A stretch of DNA of 64,000 nucleotides from Mobula hypostoma (lineage: Eukaryota): the NCBI RefSeq assembly GCF_963921235.1, contig NC_086097.1, positions 211,484,001 to 211,548,000 on the forward strand, in the 5' to 3' direction. The number at the start of each line of letters is the position of its first letter. Position 1 is the first letter of the stretch. Below the pieces are notes generated by a model. The model was not told the origin of the DNA. It ran no database searches and saw only the letters and a list, made by a program, of their open reading frames with translations. A program made the translations under genes and the position numbers. This document shows positions 37,008 through 50,120 of the stretch, piece after piece.

Positions 37008-38629
37008 ATGGAGGCTGAGGAATTTATAAAGGCGCCGACCTTGGAGGCATTAGAGGATGCCAGGAAATCGGAATTGGTAGCTGTGGCCAAATGGTTGAAT
37101 CTTGCTAAGGGGAAGTCGACAATGAGGAGAGAGGAGATACACAGAGCTATCGTAGAGCACTATGTATCTAAAGGTGTGTTTCCCCAAGGCGAGCTGAAGG
37201 TGGTGTCTATTGAAAAACCTGCTGGAGACGCGGTACAGGTGCAGCTTGAAAAACTGAGACTCGAGCACGAGTTCCGGGTACGGCAGTTTGGAGCGAGAAG
37301 AGAAAGAGAGGGACAGACAGTTGGAGTGAGAAGAGAAAGAGAGGGACAGACAGTTGGAGAGAGAAGAGTTAGAAAGGTGGGAGAGAGAGAGAGACAGTTG
37401 GAGTGAGAGGAGAAACAGAGGGAAAGGGAATTCGAGCTGGAGAAGTTAAGGATAAGGGCAGAGCAGGGGCCCGTGCCGAACCAAGGTGGAGGGTTCCGGG
37501 CGACCCAGGAGGTTAGGCTGGTTCCCCCATTTGACGATACCGACGTGGATCGGTACTTTCTCCATTTCGAAAAAGTTGCTACAAGTCAGGACTGGCCGAG
37601 GGATAAGTGGGCTGTTTTGCTTCAGAGTGTACTGAAAGGGAAAGCCCAACAAGCTTACTCAGCTTTGTCCGCGGAAATGCCCAGAGGTATGAGGTGGTGA
37701 AAGAGGCCATCCTCAGGATTTATGAGTTGGTCCCGGAGGCATACCGGCAGAGGTTCCGGAATGCGAGGAAGCAGTGGGACCGCACGTATTTAGAGTTTGC
37801 CCGTGAGATGCAGACATACTGTGAGTGTTGGTGCGCCTCGAAGGGGGTAGAGGGGGATTATGACAGACTGCTACAACTGATCCTGATTGAGCAGTTTAAA
37901 GGTTGTGTCCCTGAGGGTATGAGACCCCACCTAGATGAGAAAGAGGCAGCCACGTTAGCCGCAACTGCTAAGTTAGCGGATGAGTATGCATTGACGCATA
38001 AAATGAAGTTTGCCCCGAGTAAAGGCTACCAGAAGGGAAGTCAGGACGGCGGGGAGAGTCCGCCAGAAAAGTCAGAAAGTAAGCCGGGGACTAGTGAGAA
38101 GGATAAGGTAGACCGGGAGCAGTCTGGTAGGAAGTCTCCTGGGGTCGTCTGTTATAATTGCGGGAAAGTCGGACACTTTGCGTCCAGGTGCTTTGCCCCA
38201 AAGGAGACAGGAAAAGGAAAAACGGCGATCTTGACTGGCTGTATCAAGCTGGTAAACGAACTGCTAGGACAGGACAGGTCTGCCAAAGTTCAGGAAGGGC
38301 GCGAGAGGTTTATCTCGGCCGGATTGGTGTCAGTGAAGGAGGGGTTAAAATCAGTTCCAGTGCGGTTCTGGAGAGACACGGGAGCGTGTCAGTCACTGAT
38401 ACTGAAGAGTGTATTAGAGTTTAGCTCAGAGACCCAGACTGGGGAGGTCAAGGTCAAAGGCAAAGGTATTGGGGAAGGGACAGAGGCAGTCCCTTTGCAC
38501 CAGATACACTTACAAAGCAACCTGGTCTCTGGACTAGTCACAATCGGAGTGAGGCCTGAATTACCGATGAAAGGTATGGAAGTCTTGCTCGGTAATGACC
38601 TCGCCAGGGGATCGTGTTCCCAGCGGTGA
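37008..38629 (+). pseudogene. gag: Gag (coiled coil, SCAN-like capsid region, CCHC knuckle) plus aspartic protease, frameshifted
   Basis: LVPPF..YFLHFEKVA..WP..W; YELVPEAYRQRFR..LILIEQF; CYNCGKVGHFASRC; RDTGA..LLGND. Confidence 0.88.
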
Positions 38630-39975
38630 GATTGACAGGTCAGCCTGCCAGCATTGAGGCCCCGCCCATGGACTCACAGGTTCATCACAGGACTGCGGTA
38701 GTAAATTTAGCTGAGATGTTTCTGCCAGCCTTGTACAAGAAGGGGGTAGAAAGTGAAAAGAAGGCGTGTAGTGAAACAAGAGGTAGTGAGGGAGCTGAGA
38801 CAGACTTGGCATTAGCCAGGAAAGAATTTGTGCAGGCGCAGGAGTGAGACGAGGGGCTGATGGTTTTGGCAGAGACAGCTCTCTCTGACACAGAATTAAC
38901 AAGGGAACCAGTAGGCTATTGTGTGGAGGAGGAAGTGCTAAGGAAGAAAGGGAAACCAAGTACCATACCCGCAGATGAGGAATGGGGGGTGGTGCAAAAG
39001 AGTTATGGGGATGAGATTTTTAACCTGGCCCACAAGGTTGACATTTTGCGGTGCTGGAGGAAACAGTTGGTGGAATCATGAAAGAGGTTTACCGGCCGTA
39101 CCGGAGGAAGGATGTTACTGATTATGGCCGACGTGAACTGAGACGGTCACAGGCTTTTGATATGCTAACACACTTAGTCGGTGTTAGCGCGGAAATCAAT
39201 AAAGCTAGGGTCCCCCGATACGAGAAAAAAACCATTTTGAAAAGATGAGTATGGTATCGACCAGATGGGAGAAGACTATTGTTTTGGCCAGCGCTGCTGA
39301 TAAGGTCTCTCCCTTAATCCCCGAACAAAGCGACTCTTTAGGAGAAGTAATTAAATGACTTGCACACATGTGTTTGATTGTCCCGAGGCGATGCAAAGAA
39401 CTGGGACGTTGGGTGGTGTTTGTTACACTAGGCCAGCAAAGCGAGGAACATTCCTATAGAATGAGTAATTCAGTGACAAAAGGGCTGATGAACACAGAGG
39501 TGTGTATTGGCAATGTAATACGGCTGTCTGAAGCCAGTTTGATAGTGAACCTTGAAAAAAATGAGTTCGGCCACACGAAGGTCACTTACCTGGGAATTGT
39601 GGTGACACGGGCAGCTGGCAGCGATGCAAGCTAAAATGCGGGCTATCTCTGACATCCCAACCCCGACAGACAAGAGGGCCCTCAGAAGGCTCTTGGAGAT
39701 GGTAGGGTACTGTAGGAAGTTTTGCAATAACTCTGCGGTTACTACCCCTTCCCCTCCTACTAAGCCCTTGCGAGAGAAAACTAAGTCGGAATGGGACGAC
39801 CCTCGTTATTGTGGTCCGGGAGGAAACCCAATGAGAGGTTACATTGATCGCAATTCATCAGTGTTTTTGGCCACTATGAAGTTTGCTAAGTTGGAGCCTC
39901 GTCTAAGGGATTATTAATAACACATAAAAGGAACAGAAAATGTGATGGCTGACTGTCTGTCAGGTGTTGACAACT
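38630..39975 (+). pseudogene. pol: Collapsed pol remnants in the order INT, RT, RNase H
   Basis: VVQKSYGDEIFNLAH..RKDVTDY (integrase Zn region); RLSEASLIVNLEKNEF..VTYLG and RRLLEMVGYCRKF (RT end); HIKGTENVMADCLS (RNase H end) just before the PPT. Confidence 0.75.
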
Positions 39976-40075
39976 TCAAATTCACTGTATTAGCCAAATA
40001 GCTGATAAAGATGTGTATTTGTGTGTATCAAATAATGTATTCATGTTTGTAATTTTTACCCCGGTAAAAATCCTT

Positions 40076-40087
40076 AAAGGGGGGAAG
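40076..40087 (+). promoter_or_regulatory. Polypurine tract
   Basis: AAAGGGGGGAAG directly before the TG of the 3' LTR. Confidence 0.9.
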
Positions 40088-40989
40088 TGTGACGAGAATA
40101 CACATAGATTAAGATGTTAGCTGTCCTGTGCTGGCACCAGTGGGATCAGCAGTTGGTCTGCCACCTGTCTTCAGGAGAGAGAGAGAGATGAGGAAAACAA
40201 TGGAGCAGCATTTGGAGATGTTAATGAAGGGACGGGAGAGTCTAACGGAAGGAGAGCTGTCAAGATCGGCTCACCCTTTGAACCCTGAACTGTTTGAAGT
40301 GATGGACAGGCGATACCCCAGCAGGGGGATAAAAAGGGACAGGTTCGCTAAGGCAGGACACACACGACGCCCCGAGGTAACGAGACCCTGGAAGCGGTGC
40401 CCCCCCCCCCCCGCAAGTCGGTGGGAAGTTTTTTTGGACGGCTGGTTGCGGGACAAGCCATAGACGCACAGGGTGGAAAGGCACGATCGGCGGGAACCTG
40501 GTGTGTGTCCACCCTTGCCTGGGTGCCGGGTTCACCGCAGAGAAACGATCGTATCTGGAAATGGAGGGGTCACGGTCGGTGACCTTAGATGACATCACAA
40601 AGGGCTTGCCCGAAAGCTGACTGCGAAGGTCTGTGTGGAAGCCGTTTGAATATTCATTCGTTTTTGCTCTCTCTCCTTCCCCCCCACACTGTCCATCTCC
40701 CATGGCAGCGATTACTGCGAACTGAACTGAACTAAATTGAACTGAACTTTGCGTCACTTTGAAACTGGTCATTTACTCCTAGACAACAATAGAGCTTGAT
40801 TGATCCTGTTATCTTAATTCTGTGTACATGTGTGTTTATCATTGTTGAACTGTTGCATTTATTATCCTTTTGATTAGAGTACTGTGTTGCTTGTTTCTTT
40901 AATAAAACTTTCTTAGTTCTAGTAATCCAGACTCCAACTGAGTGATCCATTTCTGCTGGTTTGCTAACCCAGTTACGGGGTACGTAACA
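40088..40989 (+). repeat. 3' LTR (902 bp)
   Basis: TG...CA termini; GATAAAAA at 40328-40335; AATAAA at 40901-40906. Confidence 0.97.
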
Positions 40990-41911
40990 CTATGATGAGG
41001 CACCACCTCTGCCTTTGAATGCTAGGACACGCCACACCAGGGAAAGGGAAGGAAAATGAGTAAAGCCAGGAAGGTTGTCTCCATCAAATGGATCTGCAAT
41101 TATTAAGCTCTGCTTTAATTTGTTCATTGTTCAATAAGTAGATTTACAGAAAATGGCAGTGCTTCTCTGGGAAATGACACCTTCAAGGACATTTTAGAAC
41201 ACAGTGATTTCAAATAACCTTCCTGTACACTGGGAATTATGACAGCAAGGATATTTCCGAGATATGGAAATTTGTTTTCAGTGATCAGGGAGCTAGCTAA
41301 ATTCCTGAAGCCAGAGATGTTGAACTCGCTTTAATGTAATTCACCATTATGTGAGTATCAAGCTGAGCTGCATTGCTTGACTTTTACCCTGGATCTAAAC
41401 TATGGAGAAAGCTGATTACATCATCCTGACTCTTTTTGTTTGAAGGTTCAGTATAGAATCTTTGGATTTCTCTTGGAATCTGATGTCTTAAAAATGACAG
41501 CAAGTGTTTACTAGGTCAGCAAGTTTTTCAATAATGTCTAGACAACCATTTGGAGCTTCTCGTTGGGAATCTGCAAACTATTCTGAATGTATACTTGATC
41601 TATTGGGATTTTTGTCGCATTTCACAGCATTGAGTTTCATGGCACACTCCCCCCACTTGAGATTTGCAGTGCTTTCCCCAGAGTGTCACTTGTCCATTTT
41701 ACTCAGTCTGTTGCTACTGAGGCAACATTGATCATCTCCAGATGGTGTACTGGACAACTGCACACACTTTAAATTGGGTGAATACCCTCTAGCAAATGTT
41801 TTCACAGCGAGGCCAAGGTGGGGCTGCTTCCTCTCTGAAATGTTGTGACTTGTGACTGTTCTGTGCAAGATATACCTGAATAGGTAACAAACCAAGATTA
41901 GCAGTCTAGGA

Positions 41912-43089
41912 CAGGGGTCCCCAACCTTTTTTGCACTGCGGACCGGTTTCATATTGACAATATTCTTGCGGACCGGCCGACCCGGGGGGGGGGGGGCGGG
42001 GGTAGGGTTGCCAATGGACAAGAGTAGCAGTCAAATACGTTGTTTACCCCGAGAGACTAGAATGACCATGAAGCCTTGCGTGGGCACCAGTGCGCATGTG
42101 TGATTTGCGCATTCATGTATGTGCTTTTTTTTCTACAAATCGTTTTTGGCGATTCTGTTCGGGGGGGAGGGGGTGTTAATCACGACCAGAATATATGTCA
42201 TAAGTGACTAATACACTCAATTTCGTTTCTAAAAGGGTTTCTCTAACAAATTTAATATTAAACACACAGCGCATATTTTCCTTGCATGAAAATAGTGCTA
42301 AGTCAATTATCGGGGGAGGACAGGGGAGCTTGAAGTAAGTGTTGAATGAACTTCCAGTAGAAGTGGTAGAGGCAGGTTCGATATTATCATTTAAAGAAAA
42401 ATTGTATAGGTATAGGGACAGGAAAGGAATGAAGGGTTATGGGCTGAGTGCAGGTCGGTGGGACTAGGTGAGAGTAGCGTTCGGCACGGACTAGAAGGGC
42501 TGAGATGGCCTGTTTCCATGCTGTAATTGTTATATGGTTATATAAGTAAGTCAATAGCATCATAACATTTTAAGTAGCGTTTAGATATTAAACACACAGC
42601 ACATATTTTCCCCGTATGAACATATAAAATCATTGCAACGCTCCAATATCGCTGAATCAGTGGGAGCCCTGGGCTTGTTTCCCTGCAACAAGACGGTCCT
42701 ATCGAGGGGTGATGGGAGACAGTGATACTCGAACGGGGTTCCTTATGTCCAGTCTATTCCGCAATTTGGTTTTCCTTGCATTCATTGCAGAGATATGTTG
42801 GAAATGGGAGCAACGTTTTCAGTGCTTTCGTGGCTATCTCAGGATATTTAGCCTTGACTTTGACCCAGAATGCCAGCAGAGATGTTATGTCAAACATACT
42901 TTTCAGCCCGCCGTCATTTGCAAGTTCGAGGAGTTGATCTCCTTCCCGCGCTGACATGGCTGACGCCTGTGTAATGACCTCACATGCGTAATGGCTCAAC
43001 AGTGGGCATGACGGAATGAGGAAAGGTGCAGCTGACTCCTATTGCCAAATCATATCGTTTCCTCACAGCCCGGTGGTTGGGAACCGCTA
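41912..43089 (-). mobile_element. hAT (Buster/Charlie-type) non-autonomous DNA transposon
   Basis: TIRs CAGGGGTCCCCAACC and GGTTGGGAACCGCTA; 8-bp TSD GTCTAGGA (41904-41911, 43090-43097) with central TA; C-terminal remnant FWVKVKAKYPEIATKALKTLLPFPTYLC; CR1 3' fragment inside at about 42345-42545. Confidence 0.92.
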
Positions 43090-43115
43090 GTCTAGGATAC
43101 TTACCCAGTTCATCA

Positions 43116-43233
43116 GTGGTCCCGATGAACAGTCTAAGCTTGAAACATTGACTCTCTATTTCTCTCCATAGGTGCTGCCTGATCTGCTCGGCATTTTGTT
43201 TGTGTTGCTCTAGATTTCCAGCATCTGCAGAAT
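43116..43233 (+). mobile_element. Degenerate PLE pLTR fragment
   Basis: gtcccgatgaa..tgaaacattgact..atttccagcatctgcagaa. Confidence 0.65.
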
Positions 43234-44499
43234 CAGTGGTATTTTTCCCATTCTCAGTATGCTAGGGTTCCTGGTGTTTTATAAGAAGGGATCTTTGAAT
43301 TGACCCAGTTATAAGAGGGTGCAGGTCAGAATGAGTGCAAGTTTGATATTTATAATTCTGAGAAGTTTGTTAGGCACCTGATCACAATAATATCCATCCA
43401 AAGGAGAGGCGATTTCCACTAAAACCAGCCAGTATTGAGTTGGTTTCTAACTGATAGGAAGCTATAATTCAAAGAAATACAAAGACTTATAAAGTAGGTA
43501 ACAAAGATTATCTCTGCAGACAGGTTTTCCTGCCAACTGTCTTGTTGACTGGTACATTAAATACTTCACTGGTTATAAACCTTCCCAAATTATCAACCTT
43601 TTATAGAAAGTTGCATGTTATGTCACTGCACAGTTTACATTTCACTGAGAAATCGTGTTCAGTGAGTGGGTGGTACTTTGTATGTGCTTATAAAAGAAAA
43701 ACAATACTGTCTCTCTTGTATTTTCCCATGAAGAAAAGCCAGACTCATTGCGTGTTTCCTTACATTAAATCTGAACAAATAATTCTGCCATGGACTCAGT
43801 GAACGACTCAGTTGGGGAAAGAATGATAAGATTTTATTGGTTTCCACTACATGCTATAAAGGATGCTGAAGTCAGTTTAATTCACATAATAAAAAATAAT
43901 GGTTTTTTTCATAATAAAACTAGTGAGTGTAACAATTTGTGTTTGCATTGCGCATAAGAAATGGAATGCCAGTATGTATGAAAATGGGAACGAAGTTGCA
44001 TACAATTTATCAATCAAAAAATTAACAAATTAAAGATATAAAGAAATTTGAAAGGGTTACTTTACAACTACAGGCCAGTCTGCTAAACATATGTTGAACA
44101 TAACCTGGGACAAAATTAATTGGCATCGAAAAATAATGAGGTAGTAAATAAGAGCTTCTTGTCAGATTAATGCTTATTGAAGAAACTGAATGGATTGATG
44201 AAGGTAGTGGAACTGATGTTCCAACTAATAGATTTGTGCAAGGTGATTTTTGAAGTATTGTAATTACTTGATACAAATTGTGAGCCTAAAGGATGAGACA
44301 AAATAAAGGCTACCTGGAGATAAAGTTAGCTAAAGGTTAGTTTTAGAGAGTAGTGAATGGTTATATTTAAAACAAAGTTCATATGTGTAGTGGTATTTCT
44401 CAAGGGCTCCTTTGATGTGTATCAATGACCTTTTACTGGGGTATAATTTCAAAGCAAATGACATGAAAGTGGAAGAAGATAAGACTAGTTACACAGTCG

Positions 44500-46640
44500 A
44501 AGTAAATTTATTATCAAAGTATGTATCTGTCACCATTACTACCTGGGATTCATTTTCTTGCTGGCATTTACAGGGAAATAAAGAACTGCAATAAATTTAT
44601 GAATAACTATACATAAAGACTGACAAACAACCAATGTACAAATGAAGACAAATTTTGTCTGTGTGTGTATTTTTTTTTGAGAACCATGAATTGTAGAGAC
44701 CTTGAAAGTAAATCTATAGGTTGTGGAATCAGTTGAGAATTGAAGTGAGTGAAGTTGCCCGTGCTGGTTCAAGGGTCTGATTATTGTAGGGGAATAACTG
44801 CACCTTAATCTGGTGGTGTAGGGTGCCTCTTACCCAATGATAGTAGTGAGAAACGAGCAAGGCCTCGATGGTGGGTATCCCTGGTAATGAATGCTGTTTT
44901 CTTGTGGCGTCACTCCTTGTAGATATGTTGAATGGTGAGGAGAGCTTTTCCTGTGATGGACTGGGCTGCATCCTCCACTTTCTGTGGACTTCCCCTTTCC
45001 TGGACTGTTTGCCACCATTTAGGGTGCTCTCCACTGTACATGTATAGGAATTTGCCAAAGTTTTAAGTGACATGCTAAATCTACATAAACCTTTTAGAAA
45101 GTAGAGTTGCTGTCATGTCTTCTTTGTGATGGCACTTGCTATTTATTGACTATAGCTCAAAGTTATATAACACAGTCATACTCTTACTTCTAATCAACGA
45201 GCTCCAAAACCTGAGACTCTGTACCTCCCTCTGCAATCCTTAACTTCCTCACCTGGAGGCACCAATCTGTACAGATTGGAGATAACATTTCGCTGACAAT
45301 CCACACTGGCACATGTCCAAGGATCTGTGCTTAGCTCATTGCCCATGATTGTGTGGCAAGGCATAGCTCAAACCCCATCTATAAATTTGCTGATGGCACA
45401 ACAATTGTTAAATTTCAGATGGTGATGAGGATTACAGGAAAGAGGATGATCAGGTGGTTGAGTGGTGACACAGCAACGACCTTGCATTCAACAGCAGTAC
45501 GACCAAGGAATTGATTGTGAATTTCAGGAAGAGGAAGTTGAGGGACACACATCAGTCCTCACTGAGGGCTCAGAAATGGAAGAGGTGAGCATTATCAAGT
45601 TCCTGCATGTAACCATCTCCAAGAATCGACCCTGAGCCCCACTTATTAATGCAATTACAAAGATGGCATGTCAGTGACTATATTTCATTAGGAACTTGTG
45701 GAGAATTGCTATGTCAACAAAGACACTCGGAAATTTCTACAGATGTACTGTGGAGAGCGTTCTAACTGGTTGCGTCACTGTCTGGTATGGAGAGGCCGCT
45801 GCACAGGATCAGAAAAGGCTGCAGGAAGTTGTAACTTAGCCAGCCCCATCATGGACAGTAGCCTCCCCAGCATCCAGGACACCTTTAAAAGGCGATGCCT
45901 CAAAAAAAGACAGCATCCATCATTAAGGATCCCTATCATACAGGCCGTGCCCTCTTAATGCAACCGTCATGGAGGTGGTACAGGAGCTTGAAGAAACACA
46001 CTCAATGTTTCAGGAGCAGCTTCTTCCCTTCCACCATCAGATTACTGAGTGAACAATGAACCCGTGTACATTATCTCAGTTTTTCCCCCCTCTTTTTGCA
46101 CTAGTTATTTAATTTAACTTTTACATATACATATTGTAATTTATAGTTTTTATCATTATGTACTGCTGCCACAAAACAGCAAATTTCACGGCATATGCTA
46201 GTGATGTTAAACCTAATTCTGATTCTGCCTGTCCAAGAACAGATCGCCTGATGTGATAGCACCAAGGAATTTAAAATTACTGACCTTCCTCTATTCCAAT
46301 CTCCTTATGAGGACTGGGGCATGTCTTCTTCCTCCTGTAGTTGACAATCAGCTCTTCAGTTTTGCTGATGTTAAAAGTTGTTGTTGTTGCACCATTCAAC
46401 CAGATTTTTAATCTTCTAATGTGCTGATTCATCATTTGGCCAACAACAGTGGTGTCGTCAGCCAGCTTAAATATGGCATTGGAGCTGTACTTAGCCTCAT
46501 GGCCTTAGGTGTAAAACGAGTAGAGCAGGGGTTTACGTGCACAGCCTTGTGCTGTACCTATGCTGACAATGATTCTGGAGGCGAGACTGTTGTCAATCGA
46601 AACTGACTGGGGTTTACAACTGAGGATAAAGAGGATCCAA
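44500..46640. mobile_element. Nested Rex1/Babar-type remnants: minus copy (44500-45140, 46228-46640) split by a plus copy (45140-46227)
   Basis: The plus copy runs from an FIDYSS-like motif to an attctgattctg tail; minus-strand homology resumes after it. Confidence 0.7.
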
Positions 46641-46869
46641 GCGATAGTGATAGACCAAAGCTATGTAATGTTTGAAATTTAATGCAGAAAATTATGAGGT
46701 GGTGTTCTTCAGGAAGGACAAGAAAAGGCAGTGTGGTACAATTTTAAAATGTTTTCAGAGGAGTGAGATCTGTGTGGTGGTGGGGTGAGAGAATTTAATG
46801 GAACAGAAGCTGCTTCTTTGTGCTCAACCACACCACCGCCCCCCCCTCAACTTCCCTGCAATTAAATTT

Positions 46870-49800
46870 CCAGTTTTTACCTTTCACCTTTAACTCGTGA
46901 CCTCTGGTTGTAGTCCCACCCAACCTGCTTGTATTTACCCTATCTATACCCCTCATAATTTTGTATACCTTTATAAAATCTCCCTTCAGGCTTCTATGTT
47001 AGACCATAAGACAAAGGAGCAGAAGTCGGCCATTCGGCCCATCGAGTCTGCTGTGCCATTTTATCATGAGCTGATCCATTCTCCCATTTAGTCCCACTCC
47101 CCCGCCTTCTCACCATAACCTTTGATGCCCTGGCTACTCAGATACCTATCAATCTCTGCCTTAAATACACCCAATGACTTGGCCTCCACTGCTGCCCGTG
47201 GCAACAAATTCCATAGATTCACCACCCTCTGACTAAAAAAATTTCTTCGCGTTTCTGTTCTGAATGGGCGCCCTTCAATCCTTAAGTCATGCCCTCTCGT
47301 ACTAGACTCCCCCCATCATGGGAAACAACTTTGCCACATCCACTCAGTCCATGCTTTTCAACATTCGAAATGTTTCTATGAGGTCTCCCCTCATTCTTCT
47401 AAACTCCAAGGAATACAGTCCAAGAGCGGACAAACGTTCCTCATATGTTAACCCTCTCATTCCCAGAATCATTCTAGTGAATCTTCTCTGTACCCTCTCC
47501 AACGTCAGCACATCCTTTCTTAAATAAGGAGACCAAAACTGCCCACAGTACTCCAAGTGAGGTCTCACCAGCGCCTTATAGAGCCGCAACATCACATCCC
47601 TGCTCCTATACTCTATTCCTCTAGAGATGAATGCCAACATTGCATTCGCCTTCTTCACCACCGACTCAACCTGGAGGTTAACCTTAAGGGTATCCTGTAC
47701 GAGGACTCCCAAGTCCCGTTGCATCTCAGAACTTTGAATTCTCTCGCCATTTAAATAATAGTCTGCCCATTTATTTCTTCTGCTAAAGTGCATAACCATA
47801 CACTTTCCAACATTGTATTACATTTGCCCCTTCTTTGCCCATTCTTCCAATCTATCCAAGTCTCTCTGCAGACTCTCCGTTTCCTCAGCACTACCGGCCC
47901 CTCCACCTATCTTTGTATCGTCAGCAAACTTAGCCACAAAGCCATCTATTCCATAATCCAAATCGTTGATGTACAATATAAAAAGAAGTGGCTCCAGCAC
48001 TGATCCCCGTGGAACACCACTGGTAACCGGCAGCCAACAGAATAGGATCCCTTTATTCCCACTCTCTGTTTCCCGCCAATCAGCCAACGCTCTATCCACA
48101 TATGTAACTTTCCCGTAATTCCATGGGCTCTTATCTTGTTAAGTAGCCTCATGTGTGGCACCTTGTCAAAGGCCTTCTGAAAATCCAAATATACAACATC
48201 CACTGCATCTCCCTTGTCTAGCTTACTTGTAATTTCCTCAAAAAATTGTAATAGGTTTGTCAGGCAGGATTTTCCTTTAAGGAATCCATGCTGAGTTCTG
48301 CCTATCTTGTCATATGCCTCCAGGTACTCTGTAACCTCATCCTTGACAATTGACTCCAACAACTTCCCATCCACCAATGGCGAGCTAACAGGTCTATAAT
48401 TTCCTTTTTGCCCCCTTCTTAAATAGCGGAGTGACATTTGCAATCTTCCAGTCCTCCGGAACCATGCCAGAATCTATCTATGTTCCAAGGAATAAAGTTC
48501 TAACCTATTCAAACTTTCCTTATAACTCGGGTCCTCCAGACCCAGCAACAACCTTGTAAATTTTCTCTGTACTCTTTCAACTTTATTTACATCTTTCCTA
48601 TAGGCAGGTCACCAAAACTGCACACAGTACTCCAAATTAGGCCTCAATGATGTCTTGTACAACTTCAACATAACATCTCATCTCCTGTACTCAATACTTT
48701 GATTTTATGTCTTTTAGTCTTTTGAAGGCCAGTATGCCAAAAGCTTTCTGTATGACCCTATCTACCTATGACACCATTTTCAACGAATTATGGACCTATA
48801 TTCCCAGATCCCTGGGCCCTTACCGTTTACCGTGTAAGACTCGCGCTGGTTGGTCCCCCTGAAGTGCAACACCTTACACTTTTCTGCATTAAATTCCATC
48901 TACCATTTTTCAGCCCATCGTCCAGCTGGTCCAGATCCAGCTGCAAGCCATGATGGCCTTCCTCGCTGTCCAGTACACTCCCAATCTTGGTGTCATCTGC
49001 AAATTTGTTAAATCCAGTTAACTACATATCATCCCGTTTATTGATATAGATGACAAACAACAATAGACCAAGCACTAATTCCTATGACAATTCAGCAGCC
49101 ACAGGCTTCCAGTCAGAGATGCAAACATCCACTCTCTGGCTTCTTCCAAAGCCAACGTCTAATCTGATTTACCACTTCATCTTGAATGCCAAGTGACTGA
49201 ACCTTCTTGACCAACCTCCCAACCTTGCCTTCGTCCACTTTCCTAGTAACTTCCTTGAAATACTCTTAAGATTTGTTAGACGTGACTTAAACACAGGAAG
49301 CCTAGTTGCCTATCCTTAATCAGTCCATGTCTATCCAAATATTTGTGTATCCGATCCCTCAGAACACCCTCCAGTAAATTTCCCACTACTGATGTCAGGC
49401 TCACTCGCCTATAATTTGCTGGTTTATTTTTAGAGGCTTTCTTGAATAGCGGAGCAACATTGGCTATCCTCCAATCCTCTGGTATCTCACCTGTTGCTAA
49501 GGATAATTTACCTATCTCTGCTAGGGCGTTGGCAACTTCGGCACTTGCCTCCCACGGTTCGAGGGAATGCCTTGTCAGGCCCTGAGGATTTAGCCACCTA
49601 GATTTGTCTCAGGACACCAAACATCTCTTCCTCTGCAATCTGTACAGGGCCCATGAAGTTGATGCTGCTTTGCCTCATTTCTGCAGACTCTGTGTTTTCT
49701 CCTGAGTAAATACAGATGCAAAAAATTTATTGAAGATCTCCCTCATCTGTTTTGGCTCCACACATGGATTACCGTTCTGATTTTCCAGAGGACCAATTTA

Positions 49801-49904
49801 GTCGCTTGCAATCGTTTTGCTCTTAACGTAACTCCTTCACCTTATCTGCTAGAGCAACTTCATGCTTTCTTTTAGCCCTCCTGATTTCTTTTTTAAGTGT
49901 TCCT
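46870..49904 (-). mobile_element. Older CR1-type LINE ORF2 remnant, host of a younger CR1
   Basis: Degenerate RT homology on both sides of 47001-48476; LKKEIRRAKR..EVALADKVKE near 49850. Confidence 0.75.
47001..48476 (-). mobile_element. Younger CR1-type LINE nested in the older CR1
   Basis: ORFs 47344-48443 carry NYRPVS, DFQKAFDKVPH and KFADDTK; 8-bp TSD TCTATGTT (46993-47000, 48477-48484). Confidence 0.9.
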
Positions 49905-50120
49905 TTGCATAGAGTGGATGAGGAGAGGATGTTTTCTATGTTGGGAGCCTCTAAGACCGGAGGACACAGCCTCAGAATAGAGGGATGTCCTTTTAGAATG
50001 GATATGAGGAGGAATTTCTTTAGCCAGAGAGTGGTGAATCTGTGGAATTCTTTGCCACAGGCAGTTGTGGAGGCCAAGTCCTTATGTATATTTAAATAAA
50101 AGGTTGATAGATTTTTGATC
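49905..50120 (+). mobile_element. CR1-type 3' fragment
   Basis: RRNFFSQRVVNLWNSLPQ. Confidence 0.8.

Larger units (their letters stand above)
32427..40989 (+). mobile_element. Gypsy/Gmr1-type LTR retrotransposon, non-autonomous, with nested PLE
   Basis: Two LTRs of about 900 bp, 4-bp TSD CTAT (32423-32426, 40990-40993), PBS, PPT, gag-PR and pol remnants. Confidence 0.95.
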
